A stretch of DNA of 64,000 nt from a virus (IMGVR_UViG_2904200584_000016:6688-70687), one strand, 5' to 3'; numbered from the stretch's first letter, positions 19,818 to 29,543 are shown. The notes: generated from the sequence alone by a model not told the origin. Numbers and translations: made by a program.

Positions 19818-20303
19818 ATGGGTAAAATGGATAAAAAAGAAGCTAAAAAATTTTTAAAGGTTGTAGATATGAATATAGATAAAATAAAGGAAGAAGCTAC
19901 GAAAATTTATAAAGAATGCTACTTAATAGAAACAACTGATACTATAAGAATTTCTATAAATTTGAAAGGAGTTGTAAAAAGCACAATTTCAAGTTGGCAA
20001 GGCTATTCAGATGATATTTTTAATATGAGAGAAATTATTGTCTATGAATTTAGTCAAGGAGAAGTTCAAATTGAAGATCTTTTAGGAGAACTTTGTTTTT
20101 TAAATGATTACGAAGAATTTGCTACTTGGTGTGACACTGAAAGCGAAACTTTGAATTGGAATAGTTATGAAAAATTCAACAAAGAAAATTTTGACGAATT
20201 AGTCGAGAGAAATATAGAAGATAGTTTACCAGATTTTTTGGAAGAATTGAGCGAAAGTATAGAAAATTGTAAACAAGAATTAAAATCAATGATTGAAATT
20301 TAA
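19818..20303 (+). CDS. Acidic hypothetical protein
   Basis: ORF with AGGAGG RBS; last gene before the mini-array. Confidence 0.7.
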   Translation: MGKMDKKEAKKFLKVVDMNIDKIKEEATKIYKECYLIETTDTIRISINLKGVVKSTISSWQGYSDDIFNMREIIVYEFSQGEVQIEDLLGELCFLNDYEEFATWCDTESETLNWNSYEKFNKENFDELVERNIEDSLPDFLEELSESIENCKQELKSMIEI

Positions 20304-20336
20304 ATGAAAGAGTATTATTATTAATGTATATAGTAT

Positions 20337-20501
20337 CTTTAAGATTAACTACAAGGGATTTAAAATATTTTTTAATTTATTTAGAAATGATATTGTAATA
20401 AGAATTTTCAGATTAACTACGAGGGATTTAAATGGCAATTTAATTTATAGAGAAATGATATAATGGCAATTATTTTTAGATTAACTATTTGGAAATAAAA
20501 A
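20337..20501 (+). CRISPR. Degenerate mini-CRISPR array: three 29-bp repeats, two 39-nt spacers, type I-B-like
   Basis: Repeats at 20337, 20405, 20473 (period 68); repeats 2 and 3 match the clostridial I-B repeat GTTTTAGATTAACTATATGGAATGTAAAT (recalled) at 22/29 and 23/29; no cas operon in window. Confidence 0.7.
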
Positions 20502-20530
20502 CAGTGTATTCGATAAATACACTGTTTTTT
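20497..20530. terminator. Bidirectional intrinsic terminator
   Basis: AAAAACAGTGTATT-CGATA-AATACACTGTTTTT between the array and the convergent gene. Confidence 0.8.
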
Positions 20531-20542
20531 AATGCTAAAGAT

Positions 20543-20842
20543 TTAGTTACTATAATAACTTAATCCTTCGATTATAAATCCTACGTTCATTGTCATTTCT
20601 GCTTCGTCGCTTTGCAATATTCCTTCCGTAAATTCGCTATCGCTTGATAATGTTATTTTTTTCCTTGCCACCATTTCCAAAATTGTTTGAAATAGTTTAA
20701 TTTTCATATTCTTATCAAGTCCAGCGTATTGCAAATAGTTTGCTATTTCTTGTGAAAATTTAGTTAATTCTGATTTAGTCATTTTTTTAGATAATTCTTT
20801 TCCAATATTCAAATAAACTTTTTTAGATTGTTCAACATTCAT
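20543..20842 (-). CDS. Small helical protein, possibly Cas11/Cas8b C-terminal-domain-like
   Basis: ~99 aa from MNVEQ; IGKELSKK...LFQTILEM...FTEGILQSD...VGFIIEGL parallels the Cas8b1 CTD pattern (by eye). Confidence 0.4.
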   Translation of the reverse strand: MNVEQSKKVYLNIGKELSKKMTKSELTKFSQEIANYLQYAGLDKNMKIKLFQTILEMVARKKITLSSDSEFTEGILQSDEAEMTMNVGFIIEGLSYYSN

Positions 20843-21249
20843 TTTTTTCAACCCCTTTTTCAAGTTATAATTCAATTATATTTTAAAAATGCTAATACTT
20901 CAAATATAAATATTTTTGTTTAAATATAAAACTGATTTCAATAATTTGTATTTAATATTTAATAGATTGTGTTACTTGAAGTTAATAAATAAATTAGAAA
21001 GATATATGGTACTAAAATCTAGTAATAAGTTAAAGTATAACAGCACTTTAGGGTTAATTTTGTAGTAAGTATATAAAGTCAATATGCTGTAATTTAGTAT
21101 ATTGACTTTATTGTTTACTTATTAATAGACATAATATTGTAAAAAAATGATATAGTTTAGAAAGATATGTAGATTAAACTTAGAATTAAAAGATTAACAT
21201 AGTATGACAATCGTAATCTCGTGTAGTATACTTAAATTGAGGTGATTAC

Positions 21250-21822
21250 ATGACTTGGAATGATTTGAAAAATAATGATATAACATATATAGTTGAATAT
21301 ATTAATAATAAGTTAAATAATAGTAAGAGCTTGACTAAAGTTGCTATAGAACTTGGAGTGTCTGAAAGCAGTATAAGAAAATATCTCACTAAAAGAGGTT
21401 ATAAGCGTGTAAATGATAAGTATGTGTTTATTGGTGACAATAGTATGACAAAGGTAGTAAACAATAGACAACAGAGTAATAATGATAATACATTTAATAT
21501 GACAATAGAAGATGACAACAGTCACAACATAGTAATTGACAACCAATTTAAAAATAATATAATTTCTTTAGCAAAAGACTATGACAAGATACAGCATGTA
21601 TTAAATTGGTTTGAGAATAAAGAAGATACAAATGTAATAGAGGTTGTACAGGATGGTATTAAGATTGATTTACCTTCAAAAGATGCTATAAGAACTACTG
21701 TTAGGTTGAATAAAGATGCATGGAACTTATTTGATGAGTTTTGTAAAAAGTTTAGAGAGTTTAATAAGTCTGATTTGATGAGCATGGCATTACTTGAATA
21801 CGTCAATAAGTATGATAAATAA
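21250..21822 (+). CDS. DNA-binding protein (N-terminal HTH, C-terminal RHH)
   Basis: SLTKVAIELGVSESSIRKYL; RTTVRLNKDAW...KSDLMSMALLEY. Confidence 0.75.
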   Translation: MTWNDLKNNDITYIVEYINNKLNNSKSLTKVAIELGVSESSIRKYLTKRGYKRVNDKYVFIGDNSMTKVVNNRQQSNNDNTFNMTIEDDNSHNIVIDNQFKNNIISLAKDYDKIQHVLNWFENKEDTNVIEVVQDGIKIDLPSKDAIRTTVRLNKDAWNLFDEFCKKFREFNKSDLMSMALLEYVNKYDK

Positions 21823-21898
21823 CATTTTTGTATTGTTGTAATTATTACTATTTTAGGGTAATATAAATATAACTATAATATAAAATGGAGGCATTATT

Positions 21899-22072
21899 AT
21901 GGTCGATAAAATAACAATAGATGAAGTACTTGAATTTATAAAATCAAAAGGTTATATATATAGTCAAGAAATTAGAAAAGAATTAGATAATCTTTGTCCG
22001 GTTTCTGATAATGAAATAGATAAGTGTATAGAAGAAAATGATGATGTATTCAGAAGGTTGGCAAGTAAATGA
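21899..22072 (+). CDS. Phd-like antitoxin of Doc
   Basis: 57 aa ending DDVFRRLASK; ATGA overlap with doc; absent from the ORF track. Confidence 0.7.
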   Translation: MVDKITIDEVLEFIKSKGYIYSQEIRKELDNLCPVSDNEIDKCIEENDDVFRRLASK

Positions 22073-22437
22073 TTACACTTGAATATATATGTAAAATTAA
22101 CAAAAAGATGATTGAAAGATATGGTGGAGCTGGAATGGGTATTAGAAATAAAAATCTTGCTATAAGTATAATTGATGGTATAAACCAGGAGGTATTTGGT
22201 AGAGTTATGTATCCTACAGTTGAAGAAAAAATATCTCATATTGTAGTAGGTATTATACAAGGCCATATATTTATAGATGCAAATAAAAGAACTGGATTAG
22301 CTGCATTACTAATACTTTGTGACAAATATAATATAGATGTGAATTATGATAAAGAAAATTTAGCTATAGAAATAGCTTTAAATAAAATAAATGAGTCTGA
22401 TTTGAGTAATATGTTAAAAAAGTGGAATAAAAAATAA
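22069..22437 (+). CDS. doc: Doc (death-on-curing) toxin, Fic family
   Basis: HIFIDANKRTG motif; YPTVEEK. Confidence 0.9.
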   Translation: MITLEYICKINKKMIERYGGAGMGIRNKNLAISIIDGINQEVFGRVMYPTVEEKISHIVVGIIQGHIFIDANKRTGLAALLILCDKYNIDVNYDKENLAIEIALNKINESDLSNMLKKWNKK

Positions 22438-22621
22438 ACTCATTAAATGTGTTATTTGTGTTATGTAAATATAAATCTAAGAATTTATTTTAATTTAAAT
22501 AAGAATGACAATAAAATCGTAGTTTTAATTTAAATAACCTCATTATTTTGAGGTTATTTTTTTATTTTCTATTTAAAACGGAGAAGGTAAATGTTATAAT
22601 ATATATATAATTAAAAAAAGG

Positions 22622-23572
22622 ATGTTTGAATTTATGAATTATAATTTAAAAAATGAAAATGTATTATCAGAGCTATTACAAAATGAGGATGAAAAAACAA
22701 GGATTGGTATACTCAAAGTTTATAAAGTGTTAATATTTTGGTTTGCTAAAGAAGGAAAGCTTGTTGAGGAAGAAAATGACTATATTGTTGAGATAGTAGG
22801 TAATGATAAAGAAGAAATTGTGAAAGATATGAGCCAGAATAAAACATACAATGCCATAATGGCTATAATTTTTAAAATTAATAAGATATTTAAAACTTTA
22901 AATTACGATATTCACTTTTCTAAACCAAAAAATTTAGTCGCTGAATTTGATTTATCAAAATATCTAACACAAGATGAAGTCCTTCAGGTATGTAGTAAGC
23001 TAACTAATGCACAAGATAAGTTTATAATTTATGCAGCTTTTTGTGGTCTTATTGGTAAAGATGCTGAAGACCTAAGGGGTATAAAAATAAAAGACATAGA
23101 TTTAGAAAAAAGATTAATAAAATTAAAGGATACAGAATTTAAGCTAGACAAGTTCTTATTTGATTTTACAAAAGATACATTAGAACAAAAAGAGTATAAA
23201 CAATATTTGGAGCAAGGCAGTAATGCTGCTGAATTTTATTTATTTAATTCTAATTCTGAATACTTAATTAAAACTAAACCAGATGCTAGATATGGAAATG
23301 GATTAAAAGAAATGGGATATTCAACAATTCGTAAAAGATTACTTATTATTAATGATTATTTAGATAATAAAGTACAGTTGAATTTCACTAATTTAAAGAT
23401 TTCTGGTATTATGCATCAAATGCAACTAAATGAAAAAAAATATACTAAATCTGGCTATTGGACTAATAAAAGTTTAAAATGGTTCAAAGAAGACAATAAT
23501 TTAAACTTTAAAATACAAGAAGTTTTATCTATTTACAAGCAAAAATATATTAAGGAGCAACCTTATGAGTAA
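22622..23572 (+). CDS. Tyrosine-recombinase-fold protein, SPbeta MrpR (YopR)-like repressor
   Basis: YLTQDEV...NAQDKFIIYAAFCGLIG...DLRGIKIKDID...NLKISG; catalytic R and HxxR appear degenerate. Confidence 0.65.
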   Translation: MFEFMNYNLKNENVLSELLQNEDEKTRIGILKVYKVLIFWFAKEGKLVEEENDYIVEIVGNDKEEIVKDMSQNKTYNAIMAIIFKINKIFKTLNYDIHFSKPKNLVAEFDLSKYLTQDEVLQVCSKLTNAQDKFIIYAAFCGLIGKDAEDLRGIKIKDIDLEKRLIKLKDTEFKLDKFLFDFTKDTLEQKEYKQYLEQGSNAAEFYLFNSNSEYLIKTKPDARYGNGLKEMGYSTIRKRLLIINDYLDNKVQLNFTNLKISGIMHQMQLNEKKYTKSGYWTNKSLKWFKEDNNLNFKIQEVLSIYKQKYIKEQPYE

Positions 23573-25133
23573 AGATGTTAAAGAAAACGTAGGTAATGAA
23601 CAGAAAGATCTAAATAAAATAAATTTAATTTATCATATTATATATGATAATGATAGATTTAAAATGATAACAAGAAAATATTTTGAAATTTTTAGATTGA
23701 GAGGTATGTCCGCTGAAGAAATTAGTTTGGAATTTGAAAAATTTCTATATTCTCTTATTTCAGATAAGTTTAAAAAGATAAATACAGTAAATGATGTTAA
23801 AAAATTAAGAAATCAAGAGAACTCATCATCATTAAAGCTTAAGAAGAGATGGTCTGATATGACTTTAGATTCTCTAAGTGAAGATAATAAATCTTCAAGA
23901 AAAAAAAGCAGTAAATACCTAAAAAAAGAATTAGAGATTGTTGAAAGTGAGTATTTAAAAAGTGGAAGAATCATTAGTGCTGGAGTAAAAAATCCAAAAG
24001 AATTAGAGGAGCAAAGAAAAGATTTTTTAGATGAATGGAAGTCAAGCTCTAATTATAACATATGTGATTACCCATATTTACAGGAGTTAAGTATTAGCAA
24101 AATAAATTCTGCATTTATACATGATATACTAATGTGTATAACAGAAGTACTAAAAGATGATTATGATTTTGATATTAATAAAATTGCAATCAAAACTCCA
24201 CCACATATTTCACCTGGAATTTTTTTACCTTTCACAAAAGGTAAAAGATACTCGCACTTGAATGTTAAAAAAAATGAAAATGAATACATGTCAGACGACT
24301 ATAGTGCTAAGAATCTTTCAGGTAAACAAATGAATTTTTTCTATAAGTTTTCAATTGGGCAAGATGAAAATATTGAAAATCTTAAACTAGAGCTAATAAA
24401 TCCTGATACAGAAAAAAGGGCTTTGCCAAAAATATATTTAGATAAACAAGACCTTGAAATTATTAGATTTGTTTATACTTATAGCCACATGAATTCTTTT
24501 TCATTTTATTTAGGCGATTTAGTAAAGTACTTAGGACTTTCAGATGGAAAAAAGAACTATATTAATATCAAAAATAGACTTTTAAAATTACCTTATTATA
24601 CTTTTTATTCGAATCAAACTAATGATAAAGGCGAATTAAAGTATGAGATTAGTTTTAATTTGTTTTCTAGTACAACAATAGTAAATGATGAAAACAATAA
24701 TAATAGAGAGTTGGTTAAAATCACAAAATCTTTTATTGAAGAAGTCGAAAGAGTTAATACAGATATAATGTATAGAAATGAACTTGAAAAATTACAATTA
24801 ACACAGTCAATTAATCTAGCTTATTTCTTAGAGGGTAGAAGGTCTTTTCTTATATCTTGTGGTGAGGATATAAAAAATAAAAGTTTTAGATATGACATAG
24901 AAGATTTAAAATTTGATGTTCATCTTAATAAAAGTAAAACAGTAAAGCAAAATATGGAGTATTTAGAACTAGGTTTTAATGAGATAAAAGAAAATCAATT
25001 TATAATTAAAGACTATAAAAGAGGAAATTCTTATTTTGATGTTTATTTCTATGAAGATTTTGAAAAAAGAAAACGTCTTATAAATAATACTATACTTTCT
25101 TTACCTGACTACATGATAGAAAATAAATCTTAA
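23565..25133 (+). CDS. Putative replication initiator protein
   Basis: 522 aa, winged-helix-like C-terminal half; immediately followed by iterons. Confidence 0.55.
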   Translation: MSKDVKENVGNEQKDLNKINLIYHIIYDNDRFKMITRKYFEIFRLRGMSAEEISLEFEKFLYSLISDKFKKINTVNDVKKLRNQENSSSLKLKKRWSDMTLDSLSEDNKSSRKKSSKYLKKELEIVESEYLKSGRIISAGVKNPKELEEQRKDFLDEWKSSSNYNICDYPYLQELSISKINSAFIHDILMCITEVLKDDYDFDINKIAIKTPPHISPGIFLPFTKGKRYSHLNVKKNENEYMSDDYSAKNLSGKQMNFFYKFSIGQDENIENLKLELINPDTEKRALPKIYLDKQDLEIIRFVYTYSHMNSFSFYLGDLVKYLGLSDGKKNYINIKNRLLKLPYYTFYSNQTNDKGELKYEISFNLFSSTTIVNDENNNNRELVKITKSFIEEVERVNTDIMYRNELEKLQLTQSINLAYFLEGRRSFLISCGEDIKNKSFRYDIEDLKFDVHLNKSKTVKQNMEYLELGFNEIKENQFIIKDYKRGNSYFDVYFYEDFEKRKRLINNTILSLPDYMIENKS

Positions 25134-25574
25134 AAATGGCCATATATTCTCCGTACTTAACAAAAAATGTCGAATTTATTTTAGATAAACTTAATAAAAA
25201 AAGTAAAATGACCGTATATTCTCCGTACTTAACAAAAAATAGATTTTTCAAAAAAACTAAATGGCCGTATATCTTCCGTACTTAACAAAAAATAGACCTT
25301 TTTTTAATTATTTTCTTGTCGAAAAATTTTTTTTGTAACATATTTTTTACTTTTCTTAGTAATTTCAAATCTCACGTCTTCTGAAACCACTCTATTTGAG
25401 CTAAATGACCGTATCAGCTCCGTACTTAACAGAAGACGTTGAAACCACTCTATTTGAGCTAAATGACCGTATCAGCTCCGTACTTAACAAATATAGACAT
25501 AAATTTATTTTTTGGGTAAGATAAATTTGAGTAAAAGGAATCATCGCCAAAATGGCTATATCAGCTCCGTACTT
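25134..25574 (+). repeat. Iteron array AAATG(A/G)CCGTAT...TCCGTACTTAAC x6 (probable origin)
   Basis: Copies at 25134, 25206, 25259, 25403, 25461, 25550. Confidence 0.85.
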
Positions 25575-25605
25575 CTGAAATTATTATTTTCTAAAGGAGA
25601 AAATT

Positions 25606-25872
25606 ATGAGTATTAAATATAAAGATAAAGAATTCGTACTTGTAGAAAAAAAGAATATAAATGAATTAGATAACTCTAATATAAAATATATTGACTTAAA
25701 GGACAAGCAGTATTATGTGGTTACACAAGGCAAAAAACCTAAAAGATTTAACCTAGAAGATATTAAAAATATAAAAAAAGATTTAGATAATGGCATAAGT
25801 TTAAGAAAGTGTGCAACAAAATGGAACTGTAGCACTAGGACTATACAGGATATAAAAAATAATATTTATTAA
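25606..25872 (+). CDS. Small HTH protein
   Basis: GISLRKCATKWNCSTRTIQDIK. Confidence 0.75.
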   Translation: MSIKYKDKEFVLVEKKNINELDNSNIKYIDLKDKQYYVVTQGKKPKRFNLEDIKNIKKDLDNGISLRKCATKWNCSTRTIQDIKNNIY

Positions 25873-25947
25873 TATACAGAGGTATTTATTTACTTTATAC
25901 CTCATTAAGATTATAATAATCATATATAGAGAAAGGAGGATTATAAA

Positions 25948-27126
25948 ATGCAAGAATTAAAACCAGTTGCTAGAATATCAAAGTCAAAATTAAAAGATAT
26001 ATTAGATGTTTTTAAAACTTCTATAAGAAAAGTAGAAAAAATAGATTATTCTGCTTGTAATTCTTGTGCAATAAAAAATAATCCTTCTTTTGATAGTAAT
26101 AAATTAAATGAATTTTGTTCAAATTGTCCTAAATTAAAAACTATATCAGAGTTTTCTTATGTTACAGAAAAGGAAACAGAACTAGGTACAATAGAAATTG
26201 TAACTAATGAAAGTAAATGTATGGCTTTAAGTAAAAGTGCTATAAAACAGTATTTAGCATATCATTTTATAGTATCTAATAAAAATTATGTTAGAAAAGC
26301 AGTATCCTTCCAAAACATAGCCGATATATGTAATGTTTCCGTTGTTACAGCCAGACATAACCATAATGTATTACTACAAGTTGGATTAGTTTATTCTACA
26401 GAAATAAAAAGAGGTAAATTTGATATAGTCATAGATGAAGAGTACAAAAACCATCTTAAAAAAGAAGATGGTGGAAAAGGTTACTTAACTATGTCATTAG
26501 ATACTTTAAATCACTTATTAAGTTTTGAAAATGTAAATGAGTTAAAACTTGAAATTAAAAAATTAATTTGGGCTGATGCTAAAGGAAGTAAGTTAGGTAA
26601 AAGAATACGATTTAAAAAAGACAATCTTATTTCTATACTTCCAGAATACATAAAGAAATCAAACAAGCGTACAGAAGCTTTTTTAAGAAGTTCTAAAACT
26701 TTATTTGATGTAAGTAATGACACAATAGATACAAAGCGTTATGAGACGAAAGAAACTATCTCAGAGAAATATACAGAACCAATTAGAATACAAATATCGA
26801 AATTCTTTGATAATACTGGTTGCTCTTTGAGTTCTAATTATAGTAAAGTGTTATCTCAGATAAATTTAGATAGATATAATTTATTTGAAGAAGATTTAAG
26901 AAGTAAATTAGACATGGAAAAAGATATTATTATAAATGACTTAGTTGGATTGTCGGTGCAGTATGGAGTTACTAGAGTTTTAGCAGCATTAGATTATATG
27001 TTTAATAAATATACAGTTGATGAAGAAGATATAAATTATAATGAAATACGTAATCCTGGTGCGTTTATAAGAACATTGATTGTTCAGAGCATAAATAAAA
27101 ATGGAAGTTTAGCAATAGCAATTTAA
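25948..27126 (+). CDS. Replication-associated protein (CxxC..CxxC, wHTH, C-terminal IRNPGAFI motif)
   Basis: SFQNIADICNVSVVTA HTH; C-terminus resembles DnaD/RepC-type helical domains. Confidence 0.5.
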   Translation: MQELKPVARISKSKLKDILDVFKTSIRKVEKIDYSACNSCAIKNNPSFDSNKLNEFCSNCPKLKTISEFSYVTEKETELGTIEIVTNESKCMALSKSAIKQYLAYHFIVSNKNYVRKAVSFQNIADICNVSVVTARHNHNVLLQVGLVYSTEIKRGKFDIVIDEEYKNHLKKEDGGKGYLTMSLDTLNHLLSFENVNELKLEIKKLIWADAKGSKLGKRIRFKKDNLISILPEYIKKSNKRTEAFLRSSKTLFDVSNDTIDTKRYETKETISEKYTEPIRIQISKFFDNTGCSLSSNYSKVLSQINLDRYNLFEEDLRSKLDMEKDIIINDLVGLSVQYGVTRVLAALDYMFNKYTVDEEDINYNEIRNPGAFIRTLIVQSINKNGSLAIAI

Positions 27127-27548
27127 TATATGGAGTAGTTCAAAAAAAATGATTTTGGCTACTCCTATTAGTGTTTGTATTCAAATTATAAAATACTTAA
27201 ATAGAGCTATAAAGAGTGTGAAATCTCTATTAGCTCTATTTTTTTATGCCTATTTTAATGAAATTATATACACAATAGAAAGTTTTTTATACATATTACT
27301 AATTTAATTTTCCAATAATAATATATATTTATTCAATTTATTAAGAAACTTATTAAAAAAAAATACTAATACATCAACAAGATGTTAATATTGAAATTTA
27401 TATTTTATTTTATTCCTTACAATCACTTCGATTTATAGTTTTTTCTGACTTTCTAATTATTGGTTTTAATTATTACTTTTAATTTTTGTTTTAAATTCTG
27501 AAAAACATTTATTATTTATACTTTAATAAATTAAAAGACAAATAATAT

Positions 27549-27649
27549 CGAATATATGTTCTTGAAATATCGAACAAAAAGAGTTATAATAATAATGTGC
27601 TAAAAATAATTGGTATATATCTTGTACACATAACAAGAACATATGTTTG
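27549..27649 (+). promoter_or_regulatory. SigA promoter with LexA (SOS) boxes
   Basis: CGAATATATGTTCT (27549) and AGAACATATGTTTG (27636) vs Firmicutes GAAC-N4-GTTC; TTGAAA(27562)-17-TATAAT(27585). Confidence 0.65.
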
Positions 27650-27888
27650 TAAAATGGTTAATTGTTTATATTTCTATCTATTTTTTATGTCTTATACTAT
27701 AAAGTTAAATATAAAATTAAGATAAATATTATTAATAATAAATAGTTTGAAAATTACAAAAATATGTCGATAGCTGGTAAAAAATGGAAGAACTACTTGG
27801 ATAGAATGTATGTTACAATGTAATTAATTAAGTGTAAAGGGGAAGTATTTATAATAGGTATACTTTATTTTTCTAAGGGGGAAAGTTT

Positions 27889-28029
27889 ATGTCAGAAGGA
27901 AAAATTAACAAAGAAAAATTAATGAAGCTAGGTAATATGCTGTCAGAATTAAAAAGGAATAATAAAGATAAATTTACAAATTATAAATCTGAAGTTGAGA
28001 AATATGAAAATAAAAAAAGAGGAGCATAA
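27889..28029 (+). CDS. 46-aa peptide, putative SOS-induced antirepressor
   Basis: MSEGKINKEKLMKLGNMLSELKRNNKDKFTNYKSEVEKYENKKRGA; AGGGGG RBS; similar to 28541. Confidence 0.55.
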   Translation: MSEGKINKEKLMKLGNMLSELKRNNKDKFTNYKSEVEKYENKKRGA

Positions 28030-28039
28030 AATCCTCTTT

Positions 28040-28387
28040 TTACTTCCTATTTTCTTCCTCTAAAAAAACCTCAGCTACATTGTATAATCTTTTTTGTGCT
28101 TCTGGACTTAATTTACTTATCATTCTTAACATTTCTTTAATATCATCATCAAAATCCATATCTAAAGTTGGGTCTTGAAATATATCCCCTTCTCCTGTTC
28201 TTAACCAATTTTCGTTTACATTAAATTCTTTGCATATATCATTGATTATTCTATCTGTTAAATCTCTCCTACCTGTTTCTAGAGAGGAAATGTGGTCTTG
28301 AGATAGAAATAATTTATTTCCCATCTGTGTTTGATTCAGCCCTAATTCTTTTCTTAAAGTTTTCAATCTTTTATTCAATATTATCAC
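28040..28387 (-). CDS. XRE-family phage repressor
   Basis: RLKTLRKELGLNQ...ISSLETGRR...NVNENWLRTGEG. Confidence 0.9.
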   Translation of the reverse strand: MIILNKRLKTLRKELGLNQTQMGNKLFLSQDHISSLETGRRDLTDRIINDICKEFNVNENWLRTGEGDIFQDPTLDMDFDDDIKEMLRMISKLSPEAQKRLYNVAEVFLEEENRK

Positions 28388-28419
28388 CTCCCTCTTTAAA
28401 ATATATTATCATATAAAAT

Positions 28420-28522
28420 ATGTCTTTGCAATAAAATTGATATAAAATATGTCAAAAACATATTACCTGTTGACAATATGCTAATGACATAATATAATTT
28501 AAATATGAAATGTCAAAGACAT
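28420..28522. promoter_or_regulatory. Four ATGTC-N3-GACAT-type operators over divergent promoters
   Basis: Sites at 28420, 28449, 28478, 28510 (last one perfect), ~30-bp period. Confidence 0.75.
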
Positions 28523-28540
28523 AAAAGGGAGTGATAATAT

Positions 28541-28696
28541 TTGCATAAAAAAAAGATGAATCAAAAAGAACTTGAGTTATTAGGGAAAATGTTTTTAAAA
28601 ATTAAAAAAATAGATAAACAGAAATTTGGAGAGTTAAAAGGTTCTGTTAAAACATCACTTGAATATGAAGATATTTTAGTTAATAAAGTTAGATAA
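28541..28696 (+). CDS. 51-aa peptide in the cro position, paralogue of 27889
   Basis: (M)HKKKMNQKELELLGKMFLKIKKIDKQKFGELKGSVKTSLEYEDILVNKVR; GGGAGTG RBS. Confidence 0.55.
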   Translation: MHKKKMNQKELELLGKMFLKIKKIDKQKFGELKGSVKTSLEYEDILVNKVR

Positions 28697-28834
28697 ATAT
28701 ACATATGGACATTGAAAACTGAATATTCGCACAAATAAAAAGTGCAACTATAAATTAAAAAATCTATCATTGCACTTTTTATTTTTAGAGGATATGATTT
28801 AATTTTGGTTAAATAAAGTCCATTTTATAGGACT

Positions 28835-29188
28835 TTATTTTTTTAATTCACTATTAGTATCATTTTGAATTTTTAATAATCCATCTATCTGGCTTAATAC
28901 AAATTCTTTGTATTCATATTTCAATAATTTGTATTTTTCAAGTAATTGTTTATTTAGATAATCTGATTTATTTATGTCTTTTTCATCAACTTCATCATCC
29001 AATAAGTAATCTAATGAACAATTAAATACATCACATATAAGTTTTGCTTTTTGAATAGAAAGGTTTTTCGTCTTTCCATTTATTATATCAGATAGTGTAG
29101 AAGTTGGAATTTTAGTTTTAACAGAAATATCTGTTAATGTTAACCCACTATTATTTATTAAAAATTTTATCTTTTTTCCTATGTTCAT
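28835..29188 (-). CDS. XRE-family repressor (second switch)
   Basis: IGKKIKFL...PTSTLSDIING...CSLDYLL. Confidence 0.88.
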   Translation of the reverse strand: MNIGKKIKFLINNSGLTLTDISVKTKIPTSTLSDIINGKTKNLSIQKAKLICDVFNCSLDYLLDDEVDEKDINKSDYLNKQLLEKYKLLKYEYKEFVLSQIDGLLKIQNDTNSELKK

Positions 29189-29348
29189 ATCAACATCCTC
29201 CTCTATAAATTTATGATAACATAATTTCGATAATCCGTAAAGAAGTTTATTAAAAATTTAAAAAACATGATAAATAGATTGACTTATTCGGAAAAACGGA
29301 ATATAATATAAATATATCCGAAAAAACGAATAAAGAAGGTGGAGATTT

Positions 29349-29543
29349 ATGTTCGTGAACTGGAAAATCGAAATGATTAAAAATAACATAACAGTTAAAG
29401 AAATAGCAAATATCCTTAACAAAGATGAAGAATTGGTGAAAAGCATTATAGACGGTCAACAGGAATTGTCAATAATTGATGGTGTGAAGATAAGGGAAAT
29501 ATTTTTTCCAAAATTATCTTTAGATTATTTATATTTAGAATAA
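29349..29543 (+). CDS. Cro-like HTH protein
   Basis: EMIKNNITVKEIA...FFPKLSLDYL; divergent from the repressor; TCCG/CGGA operator repeats at 29227-29330. Confidence 0.8.
   Translation: MFVNWKIEMIKNNITVKEIANILNKDEELVKSIIDGQQELSIIDGVKIREIFFPKLSLDYLYLE

Noticed and set aside
22622-23572. Active integrase with att site
   Set aside because: Catalytic R/HxxR residues not evident; better fit to an MrpR-like repressor
25134-25574. Six ~28-bp repeats as a CRISPR array
   Set aside because: Irregular spacing (72, 53, 144, 58, 89 bp), partly duplicated inter-repeat DNA and location after a Rep-like gene fit iterons better
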